This document shows, piece after piece, positions 29,959-40,220 of a stretch of DNA of 64,000 nt; the stretch's first letter is position 1; every line of letters begins with the position of its first letter. Position numbers and translations under genes: made by a program. The DNA is taken from contig CAVQGA010000022.1 in assembly GCA_963711915.1 (NCBI GenBank), positions 124,131-188,130 of the forward strand, read 5' to 3'. The notes under the pieces are model-generated. The model was not told the origin of the DNA. It was given only the letters and a program-made list of their open reading frames with translations, and searched no databases. This DNA is from an uncultured Gemmatimonadales bacterium. GTDB taxonomy: Bacteria > Gemmatimonadota > Gemmatimonadetes > Gemmatimonadales > GWC2-71-9.

Positions 29959-30046
29959 TGTTCGACTCCGGAAGCAAGCAGGTTGACAGCTTACGGACTT
30001 CGCGGCGGCGGCGCAACGGCGGACCGATGCGGCTACGTTTCCGCGC

Positions 30047-30691
30047 ATGCCCGCACTCCAGACGTTTCTCTTCGACCTCGACGGCACGCTGATCGACTCG
30101 GTGCGCCTCATCCTGGACAGCTACCACCATACGCTGGCCGTGCACAACATTCCGCCAAGGACGGACGAGGAGTGGCTCCGCGGGGTCGGGACTCCGCTGT
30201 CGGTCCAGTTCGCCGAGTGGGGCGACGACCGGAGCACGCTGGAGGCGCTGATCGCCACCTACCGGGAGTACAACCTGGCCCACCACGACCGGATGGTGAC
30301 GGTCTACCCGGGCGTGACGGCGGCCATCAAGGCTATCCGCGACGCGGGCCGCCGGACCGGTCTCGTCACCAGCAAGAACCGGCGGGGCGCGCTCCGTGGA
30401 CTGACGCTGGTCAAGCTCGAGCGCATGATGGACGTGCTGGTCTGCGCCGACGAGGTGACCAACCCCAAGCCGCATCCGGAGCCGGTCGAGAAAGCGATGG
30501 CCCTCCTGGGCGCCGACCCGGGCACTGCCGTGTACATCGGGGACAGCATTCATGACATGCTGTCCGGGCGCGCGGCCGGAGTCCGCACGGCAGCGGCACT
30601 CTGGGGTCCGTTCGGACGTTCCCACCTCGAAGGCGCGGCGCCGGATTTCTGGCTCGAGACGCCGTCCGATCTGCTCACGCTGCTCGCTTAG
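30047..30691 (+). CDS. HAD-IA hydrolase (PpaX/phosphoglycolate phosphatase-like)
   Basis: LFDLDGTLIDS, VTSK, KPHPEP, YIGDS. Confidence 0.92.
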   Translation: MPALQTFLFDLDGTLIDSVRLILDSYHHTLAVHNIPPRTDEEWLRGVGTPLSVQFAEWGDDRSTLEALIATYREYNLAHHDRMVTVYPGVTAAIKAIRDAGRRTGLVTSKNRRGALRGLTLVKLERMMDVLVCADEVTNPKPHPEPVEKAMALLGADPGTAVYIGDSIHDMLSGRAAGVRTAAALWGPFGRSHLEGAAPDFWLETPSDLLTLLA

Positions 30692-33600
30692 CCGTCCAGG
30701 ATCTCCCGCGTCCGCCGGGCGAGCTGCTCGACGGTGAACGGCTTCTCCACGAAGCCCGTGCCGGGCGGCATGGCGCCCTGCTGCGTGACCGCCCGCTCGC
30801 TGTACCCCGACATGTACAGGACCTTCATGGCGGGATGCCGCACGCGGAGACGCTCTACCATCTCGCGTCCGCCCATCTCGGGCATCACGAGGTCGGTCAG
30901 CACCAAGTCCACGTGCTGCGCTCCTTCCTCCATGATCCGGAGTGCGTCGGCGCCGTGACGGGCCTCGATGACGGTGTAGCCGTGCCGCTCGAGCAGCCGT
31001 CGCGCCGACGACCGGACCGCCGCCTCGTCCTCCACCAGCAGCAAGGTCTCGTGCCCGGCGGGAAGGCTCCGGCGATCGGGCTGGCCGGGCGCGGCGGGCT
31101 CGGCCCCCGCGTGGCGGGGCATGTAGATGATGAAGGTGGATCCCTGCCCTGGCGCGCTTTCCACCGCGATGTGACCGCCGCTCTGCTCCACGATCCCGTA
31201 GACCGTCGAAAGCCCCAGCCCCGTACCCTGTCCGGGCTCCTTGGTGCTGAAGAACGGCTCGAAGATCCGGGCCTGCGTCACCACGTCCATGCCGACGCCG
31301 TTGTCGCGCACCGAGAGCGTCACGTAGTGCCCCGGCCGGACGCCGTTGCCCCGGGCGTCGTCGGCGGCGTTGAGGTGGACGTTGGCCGTGGCGATCGTCA
31401 CCCGGCCGCCCGAGGCCAGCGCGTCGCGCGCGTTCACGACCAGGTTCACCAGCACGTGCTCGATCTGGCCGGGATCGGCGAGCACGAAGCCCAGGGCGTT
31501 GTCGAGGTCGGTCTCGAGCTCGATGTCGGCCCCGAGCAGGCGGCGGAGCATCGGGTCGAGCGCGCCGACGGTGGCGTTGAACGACAGCACCCGGGGCTGG
31601 AGCACCTGGCGGCGGCTGAAGGCCAGCAGCTGGCGGGTGAGGGACGCGGCGCGCTCACCCGCGTGGCGGATCTGCTCCAGGTCGCCGCGGAGCGGGTCGC
31701 CGGGGTGCAGCTCGTGGAGGATGAGGTCGCTGTAGCTCAGAATGCCGGTGAGCAGGTTGTTGAAGTCGTGCGCGATTCCGCCGGCCAGCTGCCCGACCGC
31801 TTCCATCTTCTGCGCGTGGCGGAGCTGCTCCTCGCTCCGGCGCAGGGCCTGCTCCGCGGCGCGCCGGTCGGTGATGTCCTGATCCAGGACGATGGCGCCC
31901 TCGATGCTGCCGTCGAGCGACCAGAGGGGGACCGCGGAGTTGGCGATGGTCTTCTGCGCGCCGTCGAAGGTCTCGATCTGCACGACCTCGTTGAGTGCGG
32001 TCTCGCCCTTGAGAATGGCGCGCGCGGCCGCCCACTCGTTCGCGGCGATAGCTTCGCCGGTGTCCGCGCGCCAGCCCCGATACGCACCATACTCCTCGAG
32101 GCTCACGTAGCGCGCGCCGCCCCAGATCGCCCGGCCGGCCGGGTTGCCGTACATGACCTGGCCCTCGCGGTCGAGGACCCACACGCCGACCGGCAGACTG
32201 TCGAGCACCTGTTCCAGCAGGCGCATGCCCCGGGCGAGCGTATCCTGGCTGCGGCCGCGCTCGATCGCGATCTCCGCGAGGTGGCCGGCCGCCGCCGTCA
32301 GCTCAAAGTCGTCGGCCGAGGGGGCGCGCGGCTCGCGGCAATAGACGTCGAGCGTGCCGAGCAGCCCGCCGTCGGCGGCGAGGAGGGGTGTGGACCATGC
32401 GGCCCGGATGCCGAGCGCGAGCAGCGGTCCGCGCCAGGCCTCGGCCGAGGGATCGTCCGCGAGGTCCGGAAAGCTCACGCGGTCGCGGCGCACGGCCGCA
32501 CTGGCGCTCACCCCGGCCTCGGACCCGACCGAGGCCGAGGCGACGGCCTCGCGGAGCGCGGCCGGGAAGCTCGGGGCGGCGGCCAGCCGGAGCTCGGCAG
32601 CGCCGCCGTCGAGCAGCGTGATACCCGCGAGCAGTCCGCCTCCGTGTGCCTCGGTGAAGCGGAGCACGCGCTCGAGCACCGCGTCCAGATCGAGCCCGGC
32701 GGCGATCTGCTCGAGCAGCCGGCTCTGCCCCTCGGCCATCGCCTGGGCCCGGGTGCGGTCGGTCGTGTCGAGCACCGCTCCCACCATCCGAACGGCGTCG
32801 CCCGCCTCATCGCGGACGATCGCCGCGCGGTCGCGCACCTGCGTGTAGCCGCCGTCCTGCCGCCGGAAGCGGTACTCGTCGGTCCACTCCGCGGCCCCGC
32901 GGGCGATCGCCGCGTGCATGCCGCTCAGGACCCGCTCCCGATCCTCCCCGTGAAGCCGCTCGTACCACCATGCGGCGGAGGTGCTGAACTCGGGACGGGG
33001 GTACCCGAACGGTCCAGCGGCGGCTTCGCCCCACAGGATCCGGTCGGTGAGCAGGTCCCAGTCCCACACCGCATCGTGGGCCGCCTCGGCCACCAGCCGG
33101 TAGCGCTCCTCGCGCCGGCGCAGGTCGAGCTCGGCCCGCTTGCGGTCGGTGATGTCCTGCAGCGCCACGTGGAAGTGAGCCACGCCTCCCAGCTCGTCCG
33201 GGACCGCGCTCACCGTCGAGATCACCCAGACCGATTCTCCGCCCTCGCGGAGAAGCCGCTTCTCGATCGCGTAGCTGGCGCACTCGCCGGCCCACAAGAG
33301 CCGCATGGCCTCCTGGTCGGCCGCGCGATCGGCGGGATGGGTGGAGGCCTCGGCGGGGCAGCCGGCCAGCGCGGCGGGCGGGGCATCCAGCAGCTCGGCG
33401 AGGGCGCGGTTGGTCCGGAGCCAGCGGCCATCGGGCAACACCAGGCCCATGGGCATGGCCGAGGCGTCGAAGATGCCGGCGGAGGGATCGGGGGGCGTCG
33501 GGGGTGGCGGCAGCGTCACCCCCGGCATGAGCTCGAGCCGGGACGGCGGGCTCCGGAGCTCGATCTCGGTCACGACCGAGGCGGCCAGATCCTCGAGCAG

Positions 33601-34009
33601 CGCTACGTCCCGTGGGGACCAGATCCGGGGGAGTGCGTCCACCACGCAGAGCGCCCCCACCGTCCGGCCATCGGCCAGGGTCAGGGGCACCCCGGCGTAC
33701 GCGATCCAGCCCAGCTCCCGAACGGCCAGGTTGGTCCGGACCACGGGGTGCCGCCGGGCGTCCTCGACCACCAGCGGGGCTCCGGCCGCCACCACGTGAC
33801 GGCAGAAGGAGAGCGAGAGCGGCGTGCTTCGCAGGGAGGCCCAGGGCTCCGCCTAAGCCAATGGCGCTCTTGAAGAAGACCCGATCGTCGCCGAGCAGGG
33901 ACACCAGCGCCACCGGCGCGCCCAGGAGTCTCGCCGCCAGGCGGGTCAGCCGGTCGAAGGCCTCCTCGGGCGGCGTGTCGAGCAGGGGCGGCGAGAGGAC
34001 CTGGGTCAT
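30688..34009 (-). CDS. Hybrid sensor histidine kinase (GAF-PAS-PAS-GAF-PAS-HisKA-HATPase-REC), frameshift near 33853
   Basis: N-terminal [18 protein letters not shown] continues after a 1-nt slip as [21 protein letters not shown]; [27 protein letters not shown]. Confidence 0.88.
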
Positions 34010-34164
34010 GGGTGTCCGGCACGTGGGGCGACGGCCCGGGGAGGGCCGCCGGCGACAGCAGGGGACCCGGCAAATCTGGAGGCGAAACGGGGGGCGTCAA
34101 GGAAGGCGTTCGACTGTGCCCCGGTGCGGGAACGGATTATCTTCCCGCCGCCCGTTACCAGGAC

Positions 34165-34791
34165 GTGACCGTGCGGCTCCTGCCCCGCGACGAGAAGTTC
34201 TTCGACCTCTTCACCGCGGTCGCCACCTTCACGGTGGAGGCCGCGCGTATGCTGCAGGACCTCCTGCGCGCGGATCCCCGGCGGCGCGGCGCGATCGTCG
34301 ACCAGATCAAGCGGCTCGAGCACCAGGCCGACCAGGTGACCCACGACGTGGTGACCCGGCTCGACCGGGTGTTCATCACGCCGCTCGATCGCGAGGACAT
34401 CCATCTCCTGGCCTCCCGGCTCGACGACGTCATCGACCTCATCGACGGCACCGCCCGCCGGTTGCAGATCTTTCACGCCGGCGCGGCGCCCGACGGCGCG
34501 ATCGTCATCGGCGACGTGATCGTCCGGGCCGCCGAGCAGCTTCAGGTGGCGGTCGGGGCGCTGGAGAAGAACAAGGACGGGACGGTGCTCAACGCCTGCG
34601 TCCAGATCAAGCGGCTCGAGGAGGAGGGCGACTCGCTCTACCACGAGTGGCTCGGCCGGCTGTTCGAGGGGGAGCCGGACCCGCTGACCGTGATCAAGTG
34701 GAAAGAGATCTACGACAACCTCGAGAAGACGCTCGACGACATCGAGAACGCGAGCAACGTGCTGGAATCGATCTCCATCAAGCACGCGTGA
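34165..34791 (+). CDS. DUF47 (PhoU-like) Pit accessory protein
   Basis: LLPRDEKFFDLF, LEHQAD, FITPLDREDI, IKWKEIY. Confidence 0.92.
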   Translation: MTVRLLPRDEKFFDLFTAVATFTVEAARMLQDLLRADPRRRGAIVDQIKRLEHQADQVTHDVVTRLDRVFITPLDREDIHLLASRLDDVIDLIDGTARRLQIFHAGAAPDGAIVIGDVIVRAAEQLQVAVGALEKNKDGTVLNACVQIKRLEEEGDSLYHEWLGRLFEGEPDPLTVIKWKEIYDNLEKTLDDIENASNVLESISIKHA

Positions 34792-34793
34792 CC

Positions 34794-35825
34794 ATGTCCC
34801 ACGACGTCGTCTACGTCCTGGCGATCGTTGCCGTCGCGCTGATCTTCGACTTCATCAACGGATTCCACGACAGCGCCAACTCGATCGCCACGGTGGTCTC
34901 GACCCGGGTGCTCACGCCGGGCGTGGCGGTGGTCTGGGCGGCCGTGTTCAACTTCGCGGCGGCGTTCGTGGTGGGAACCGCGGTCGCGAAGACCATCGGC
35001 AAGGGGCTCATCATGCCCTCGGTGGTGGACCCGAGCCTCATCCTGAGCGCGCTGGTGGGCGCGATCGTCTGGAATCTCATCACCTGGTACGTGGGCTTGC
35101 CGAGCTCGTCGAGCCACGCGCTGATGGGCGGGCTTGGCGGGGCGGCGATCGCCAAGGCGGGGTTCCCCGCCCTTCAGCTCAGCGGCTGGGTCGCCCCGAT
35201 CCTGGCCATCTTCCTGTCTCCGCTCCTCGGCATGGCGCTGGCACTCGGTTTCACCGTGGGGCTGTCGTGGCTGCTCAAGAGCGCGCGGCCCGGCCCTCTG
35301 GATCGCGTGTTCCGCCGGCTCCAGCTCCTCTCCGCCGCGCTCTACTCGCTGAGTCACGGCGCGAACGACGCGCAAAAGACGATGGGCATCATCGTGAGCC
35401 TGCTGGTGTCCACCCAAGCGTTGTTCGCGGATCAGCCGGGCTGGCTGCACCATCTGCACGTCCCGACGGCCGACCGGATTCCCCTCTGGGTGGAGATGGC
35501 GGCCTATACCGCGATCGGACTCGGGACGGCGCTCGGCGGGTGGCGAATCGTGAAGACGATGGGAAGCCGGATCACCAAGCTTCGCCCGTTCGGCGGGTTC
35601 TGCGCGGAGACGGCGGGCGGCCTCTCGATCCTCGTCGCCTCGCTGCTCGGCGTTCCGGTGAGCACCACGCACACCATCACCGGCGCGATCGTGGGCGTCG
35701 GGGCGGCGCAGCGGGTCTCGGCGGTGCGGTGGGGGGTGGCGACCCGAATCGTGTGGGCGTGGATTCTCACCATTCCGATGGCCGCGGCGATCGCCGCGGT
35801 CTCGTACCTCCTGCTCAGGAAATAG
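34794..35825 (+). CDS. pit: Inorganic phosphate transporter (PiT family)
   Basis: NGFHDSANSIAT, LPSSSSHAL, HGANDAQK, PVSTTH. Confidence 0.95.
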   Translation: MSHDVVYVLAIVAVALIFDFINGFHDSANSIATVVSTRVLTPGVAVVWAAVFNFAAAFVVGTAVAKTIGKGLIMPSVVDPSLILSALVGAIVWNLITWYVGLPSSSSHALMGGLGGAAIAKAGFPALQLSGWVAPILAIFLSPLLGMALALGFTVGLSWLLKSARPGPLDRVFRRLQLLSAALYSLSHGANDAQKTMGIIVSLLVSTQALFADQPGWLHHLHVPTADRIPLWVEMAAYTAIGLGTALGGWRIVKTMGSRITKLRPFGGFCAETAGGLSILVASLLGVPVSTTHTITGAIVGVGAAQRVSAVRWGVATRIVWAWILTIPMAAAIAAVSYLLLRK

Positions 35826-36974
35826 TCAGGCGGCTCGCGGGGCGCCCCGCGCGGCCATGGCGGCCCGGTAGTCCGCCAGCAGCCGGTCGTTGACCGCACC
35901 CCAGTCGCGTGCCCGCGCGGTCGCGAGGGCGCCGTCGGCCAGGCGGCGGCGCAGCCCCGCGTCCCGCAACAGCCGCCGAAGGCCCTCTACGATCGACGCG
36001 GCGCTGTCCGGCTCGACCAGGAGCGCGTTGCGCTCGTGCTCGGCGAATTCCATCACGCCGCCCGCCCCCGCCACCAACGACGGCAGTCCCGAGCTCATCG
36101 CCTCGAGCAGCGAGTTTCCGAAGGTCTCCGTGGACGACGGGAACGCGAACACGTCGGCGGAGGCATAGGCCTCCGAGAGCGCGTGTCCCTGCAGCAGCCC
36201 GGAGACGTGGACGCCGGGAATCTCGCGCCGCCGAAGGTCCTCCTCCAGCGGCCCCTGCCCTACCAGCACCAGCCTGGCCCCGCCGCGCACCGGAGCGAGC
36301 GTCTCCCAGGCCTCGAGCAGCAGGCCCAGGTTCTTTTCGCGGGCGATTCGCCCGATGTACGTCACCAGCAGGTCGTCGGGGCCGACCCCGTGCCGCGCCC
36401 GGTAGGCGTGGCTTCGAAAGCCGGGAGAGAATACCTCCGGGTCCACCCCGCGACTCCAGATACCGGTGTGTCGGACCCCGTGCGCGCGGAGCGCTTCCTC
36501 GTAGATCCGGGACGGGCAGAGCACGCGATGCGCCTGCCCGTAGAACCAGCGGAGATAGTGCCACCCCGCCCGCAGCGCCCAGGTGACCCCGTATCGTGCG
36601 GCGTACTGGTCGTAGTCGGTGTGGGCCGAGGCGACGATCGGGAGGCGCAGCTGCTTGGCGGCCTTGACCCCGGCGATGCCGAGCGGGAACTCGGTCGCCA
36701 CGTGGACCACGTCGGGCCGGAAGGCGGCGAGGTCGTCGACCACCTCGCGAAGCCTGGGGAAGGCCCACTGGACGTCCGGGTAGAGGAAGAACGGAACGCT
36801 CGGGGAGCGGTGGACTTCCGGGCGGTCCGGGACCCCGGCGGGGAGCGCATAGGTGGCGCTATAGACCCGCACCTGGTGCCCGCGCGCGTGCAGCGCATCG
36901 GTGAGACGGAGGAGGGTGACCCCCACCCCGCTCACCATCGGCCAGTACACTTCGGAGAACAGGGCGATCCGCAC
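35826..36974 (-). CDS. GT4 glycosyltransferase
   Basis: RIALFSEVYWPMVSGV, GRIAREKN, FPSSTETFGNSLLEAM. Confidence 0.9.
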   Translation of the reverse strand: MRIALFSEVYWPMVSGVGVTLLRLTDALHARGHQVRVYSATYALPAGVPDRPEVHRSPSVPFFLYPDVQWAFPRLREVVDDLAAFRPDVVHVATEFPLGIAGVKAAKQLRLPIVASAHTDYDQYAARYGVTWALRAGWHYLRWFYGQAHRVLCPSRIYEEALRAHGVRHTGIWSRGVDPEVFSPGFRSHAYRARHGVGPDDLLVTYIGRIAREKNLGLLLEAWETLAPVRGGARLVLVGQGPLEEDLRRREIPGVHVSGLLQGHALSEAYASADVFAFPSSTETFGNSLLEAMSSGLPSLVAGAGGVMEFAEHERNALLVEPDSAASIVEGLRRLLRDAGLRRRLADGALATARARDWGAVNDRLLADYRAAMAARGAPRAA

Positions 36975-37132
36975 GCGGTCGAGCTCGCGGGTGTGGGTCA
37001 ACGCGCCGCCACGGCAGCGGCGCGGTCCAGCGGCTGCATCAACCCTAGATCGGGTCGCTCCGGGCGACAAGCCCGGCGGCGCGACAGCGCGAAGCGCGGG
37101 ACGGGCCCGGGCATCGAGTTTACATTGTGCTC

Positions 37133-37768
37133 ATGCGCATCCGTGAGCCGGTCAACGCCTGGTCGCACCTCGCGGGCCTGGTGCTGGCGACCGTCGGGAC
37201 GGTGGCTCTGCTCCACCTGGCCCATGGAACCGCCCGGACGGTCGCGTTCGCCGTCTACGGCGGCTCCCTCATCCTGCTGTACGCGGCGAGCACGATCTAC
37301 CACGCGCTGCCCCTCCCGAGTCATCGCCTCCGCCCGCTCCGCACGCTGGACCACATCGCGATCTACTTCCTGATCGCGGGCACCTACACACCGGTCGCGA
37401 TCGTGACGCTGCACGGATGGTCGGGCTGGCTGCTGCTGGGGGCGGCGTGGGCGATCGCCGTCGCCGGGATTCCGTTCAAGATCTGGTGGCTCGACGCGCC
37501 GATCTGGCTGTCGACCGGCATCTACCTGGCGATGGGCTACATGGCGCTGCTGGCGGCCGCGCCGCTCGTGGCGGCGGTGCCGGCGAGTGGGCTGGCCTGG
37601 CTGGTGGCCGGCGGGCTCGCCTACACGGTCGGCGCGATCATCTTCGCCCGCGAGCGCCCCAACCCGTTTCCGGGGGTGTTCGGGCACCACGAGATCTGGC
37701 ACATGTTCGTGCTGGTGGGAAGCGGCTGCCATTTCGCGTTCATTCTGCTGCACGTCGCGGCGGCCTGA
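37133..37768 (+). CDS. Hemolysin III/PAQR family membrane protein
   Basis: EPVNAWSH, DHIAIYFLIAGTYTP, HHEIWHMFV. Confidence 0.92.
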   Translation: MRIREPVNAWSHLAGLVLATVGTVALLHLAHGTARTVAFAVYGGSLILLYAASTIYHALPLPSHRLRPLRTLDHIAIYFLIAGTYTPVAIVTLHGWSGWLLLGAAWAIAVAGIPFKIWWLDAPIWLSTGIYLAMGYMALLAAAPLVAAVPASGLAWLVAGGLAYTVGAIIFARERPNPFPGVFGHHEIWHMFVLVGSGCHFAFILLHVAAA

Positions 37769-37828
37769 CGCCATCGCCGAGGGTCACCCCTGATCCTCGC
37801 CCGTCGACGGAGCCCAACCGATGAGCGG

Positions 37829-39412
37829 ATGGGGAGCAACGTGAACGCCAGGGTCGACGGCGTCGAAGTGAAAGGCCCCGCGGTTCCAGGGGCGGACCGG
37901 GTGCTGACACCCGAGGCCCTGATGTTGGTGGGCCGGCTGACGCGGCGGTTCCGCGCCGAGCGCGACCGGCTGCTGGCGCTGCGGCACGAGCGGCAAGCGC
38001 GGTTCGATCGGGGTGAGCTGCCCGATTTTCTGCCCGGGACGGCGGCGGTTCGGGAGGGCGATTGGACGGTTGCGCCGGCGCCGGCGGACCTCGACGACCG
38101 CCGGGTCGAGATCACCGGGCCCGCCGAGCCCAAGATGATGATCAACGCGCTCAACTCGGGCGCCAATGTGTTCATGGCCGACTGCGAGGACGCGCTCTCG
38201 CCGCCCTGGTCCAACGTGGTGGCGGCGCAGACGAGTTGCATGGACGCCGTCCGCCGCACGCTCGAGTACACGAGCCCGGAGGGGAAGCGTTACCGCTTGG
38301 GCGAGCGGCTCGCCACGCTCGTTCTCCGCCCCCGCGGGTGGCACCTCGACGAGGTGCACGTCCTGGTGGATGGCCGGCCCATGCCGGCCGGCCTGTTCGA
38401 CTTCGGCCTCTACTTTCACCACAACGCACGCGAGCTGGTCGACCGCGGAAGCGGACCCTACTTCTACCTGCCGAAGCTCGAGAGTCACGCCGAGGCGCGG
38501 CTCTGGAACACCGTGTTCGAGGACGCGCAGGCGGCGCTGGGCCTTCCCCGGGGAACGATCCGCGCCACCGTACTCATCGAGACGATCGTCGCCGCGTTCG
38601 AGATGGAGGAGATCCTGTACGAGCTCAGGCCGCACGCAGCGGGGCTCAACGCCGGGCGCTGGGATTACATCTTCAGCGTCATCAAGAAATTCGGGCACCG
38701 TCCCGAATTCGTGCTCCCCGATCGCGCTCAAGTCACCATGGCCGTGCCGTTCATGCGCGCCTACGTCGAGCGACTGGTGCGCGCCTGCCACCGGCGCCGG
38801 GCGCACGCGATCGGGGGGATGGCCGCGTTCATCCCGTCCCGGCGGGACATGGAGGTCAACCGCCAAGCGCTGGCTCGCGTCCGCGAAGACAAGGCCGCGG
38901 AGGCGGCGCTGGGCTTCGACGGGGCGTGGGTGGCGCACCCCGACCTGGTCCCGGTCGTGGCCGAGGTTTTCAGCGAGCGGCTCGGCGGGCGGCCCAACCA
39001 GAAGGACCGGATCCCCGATGCGGCACAGGACGGGCGCAGGCTGCTCGACGTGCGCGTCCCCGGCGGCCGTGTCACCGAGGCCGGCGTCCGGGGCAACGTG
39101 AGCGTGGCGCTCCAGTATCTCGAGGCGTGGCTCCGCGGCTCGGGAGCGGTGGCGATCAACAATCTCATGGAAGACACGGCCACCGCCGAGATCGCGCGGG
39201 CGCAGCTCTGGCAGTGGATCCGCCACGGCACCGCCACCGAGGCGGGGCCGGTGACGCTCGCCGGCGTGCGCGAGCTGCTGCGGCAGGAGCTCGAGCTGCA
39301 CGGCGGCGCGGGCGGCCGGTGGGCGGAGGCGGCCGGTCTGCTGGACGCGCTGGTGTCGGCCGACCGGTTCCCGGAATTCCTGACGCTGGCGGCGTACCGC
39401 CAGCTCGGGTGA
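37829..39412 (+). CDS. aceB: Malate synthase A
   Basis: [45 protein letters not shown]. Confidence 0.95.
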   Translation: MGSNVNARVDGVEVKGPAVPGADRVLTPEALMLVGRLTRRFRAERDRLLALRHERQARFDRGELPDFLPGTAAVREGDWTVAPAPADLDDRRVEITGPAEPKMMINALNSGANVFMADCEDALSPPWSNVVAAQTSCMDAVRRTLEYTSPEGKRYRLGERLATLVLRPRGWHLDEVHVLVDGRPMPAGLFDFGLYFHHNARELVDRGSGPYFYLPKLESHAEARLWNTVFEDAQAALGLPRGTIRATVLIETIVAAFEMEEILYELRPHAAGLNAGRWDYIFSVIKKFGHRPEFVLPDRAQVTMAVPFMRAYVERLVRACHRRRAHAIGGMAAFIPSRRDMEVNRQALARVREDKAAEAALGFDGAWVAHPDLVPVVAEVFSERLGGRPNQKDRIPDAAQDGRRLLDVRVPGGRVTEAGVRGNVSVALQYLEAWLRGSGAVAINNLMEDTATAEIARAQLWQWIRHGTATEAGPVTLAGVRELLRQELELHGGAGGRWAEAAGLLDALVSADRFPEFLTLAAYRQLG

Positions 39413-39434
39413 GCCCGCCGGGGTTGAACGCAGC

Positions 39435-39461
39435 GAGGGCCCGCGAAGGTGGCGGGCCCTC
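39435..39461. terminator. Hairpin between convergent aceB and tRNA-Asn
   Basis: GAGGGCCCGC-7nt-GCGGGCCCTC. Confidence 0.6.
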
Positions 39462-39467
39462 ACGAAG

Positions 39468-39540
39468 CTGGGGCGGCTGGGGTCGAACCAGCAACCTCCC
39501 GGTTAACAGCCGGGCGCTCTGCCGATTGAGCTACACCCCA
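39468..39540 (-). tRNA. tRNA-Asn(GTT)
   Basis: TGGGGTGTAGCTCAATCGGCAGAGCGCCCGGCTGTTAACCGGGAGGTTGCTGGTTCGACCCCAGCCGCCCCAG cloverleaf; CCA not encoded. Confidence 0.95.
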
Positions 39541-39702
39541 AAACAGATGTGACGCGGGGACAGTGACTCTACAGGGGGCGGGGCGGGGCGGTCAAGGCCA
39601 AAAGGGAACCTTGACCCCCACTTCGGGGAACACAACCTTAGTGAGGCCGACACCTACCGTGCCGCGCTGCAACGCCCTCTGAAGCCAAGGAGTCCGGGGC
39701 TC

Positions 39703-40209
39703 ATGAAACGATCCTTCACCCTCACCATCAACGGCACGCCGCGCACGATCGAGGTCGAGCCTCGAGCGCTGCTGGTGCATGTGCTGCGCGACGAGCTCAA
39801 CCTCACGGGAACGCACATTGGGTGCGACACCAGCCAGTGCGGCGCGTGCACCGTGCTGCTCGACGGCCGGGCCGTGAAGAGCTGTACCGTGCTCGCCGTG
39901 CAGGCCGAGGGGCAGCCGGTCACCACGATCGAAGGCCTCGCCGCGGGTGAGACGCTGCACCCGCTGCAGATGGGCTTCTGGGAAAAGCACGGACTGCAGT
40001 GCGGCTTCTGCACGCCCGGGATGATCATGACGGCGGTGGACCTGCTCGCCGGCAACCCCGACCCGAGCGAAGCCGAGATCCGGCATGCCATCGAGGGCAA
40101 CTACTGCCGCTGCACCGGCTACCAGAACATCGTCTCCGCCATTCAGGCGGCGGCGTCCACCCTTCGCGCCGCCTCCGGCGCGGGCACACCCGCCCGCGCC
40201 GGCGCCTGA
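39703..40209 (+). CDS. coxS: Molybdenum hydroxylase 2Fe-2S small subunit (CoxS-like)
   Basis: [25 protein letters not shown]. Confidence 0.9.
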   Translation: MKRSFTLTINGTPRTIEVEPRALLVHVLRDELNLTGTHIGCDTSQCGACTVLLDGRAVKSCTVLAVQAEGQPVTTIEGLAAGETLHPLQMGFWEKHGLQCGFCTPGMIMTAVDLLAGNPDPSEAEIRHAIEGNYCRCTGYQNIVSAIQAAASTLRAASGAGTPARAGA

Positions 40210-40220
40210 GGAGCGCGCCC

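Noticed and set aside
30835-33873. Long ORFs antisense to real genes (e.g. 30835-33873, 40143-42581, 53139-55103)
   Set aside because: Mirror frames of well-supported genes with no recognisable motifs
39468-39540. Genomic island integrated at tRNA-Asn
   Set aside because: No integrase and no duplicated tRNA 3' end seen; flanking genes are ordinary metabolic genes
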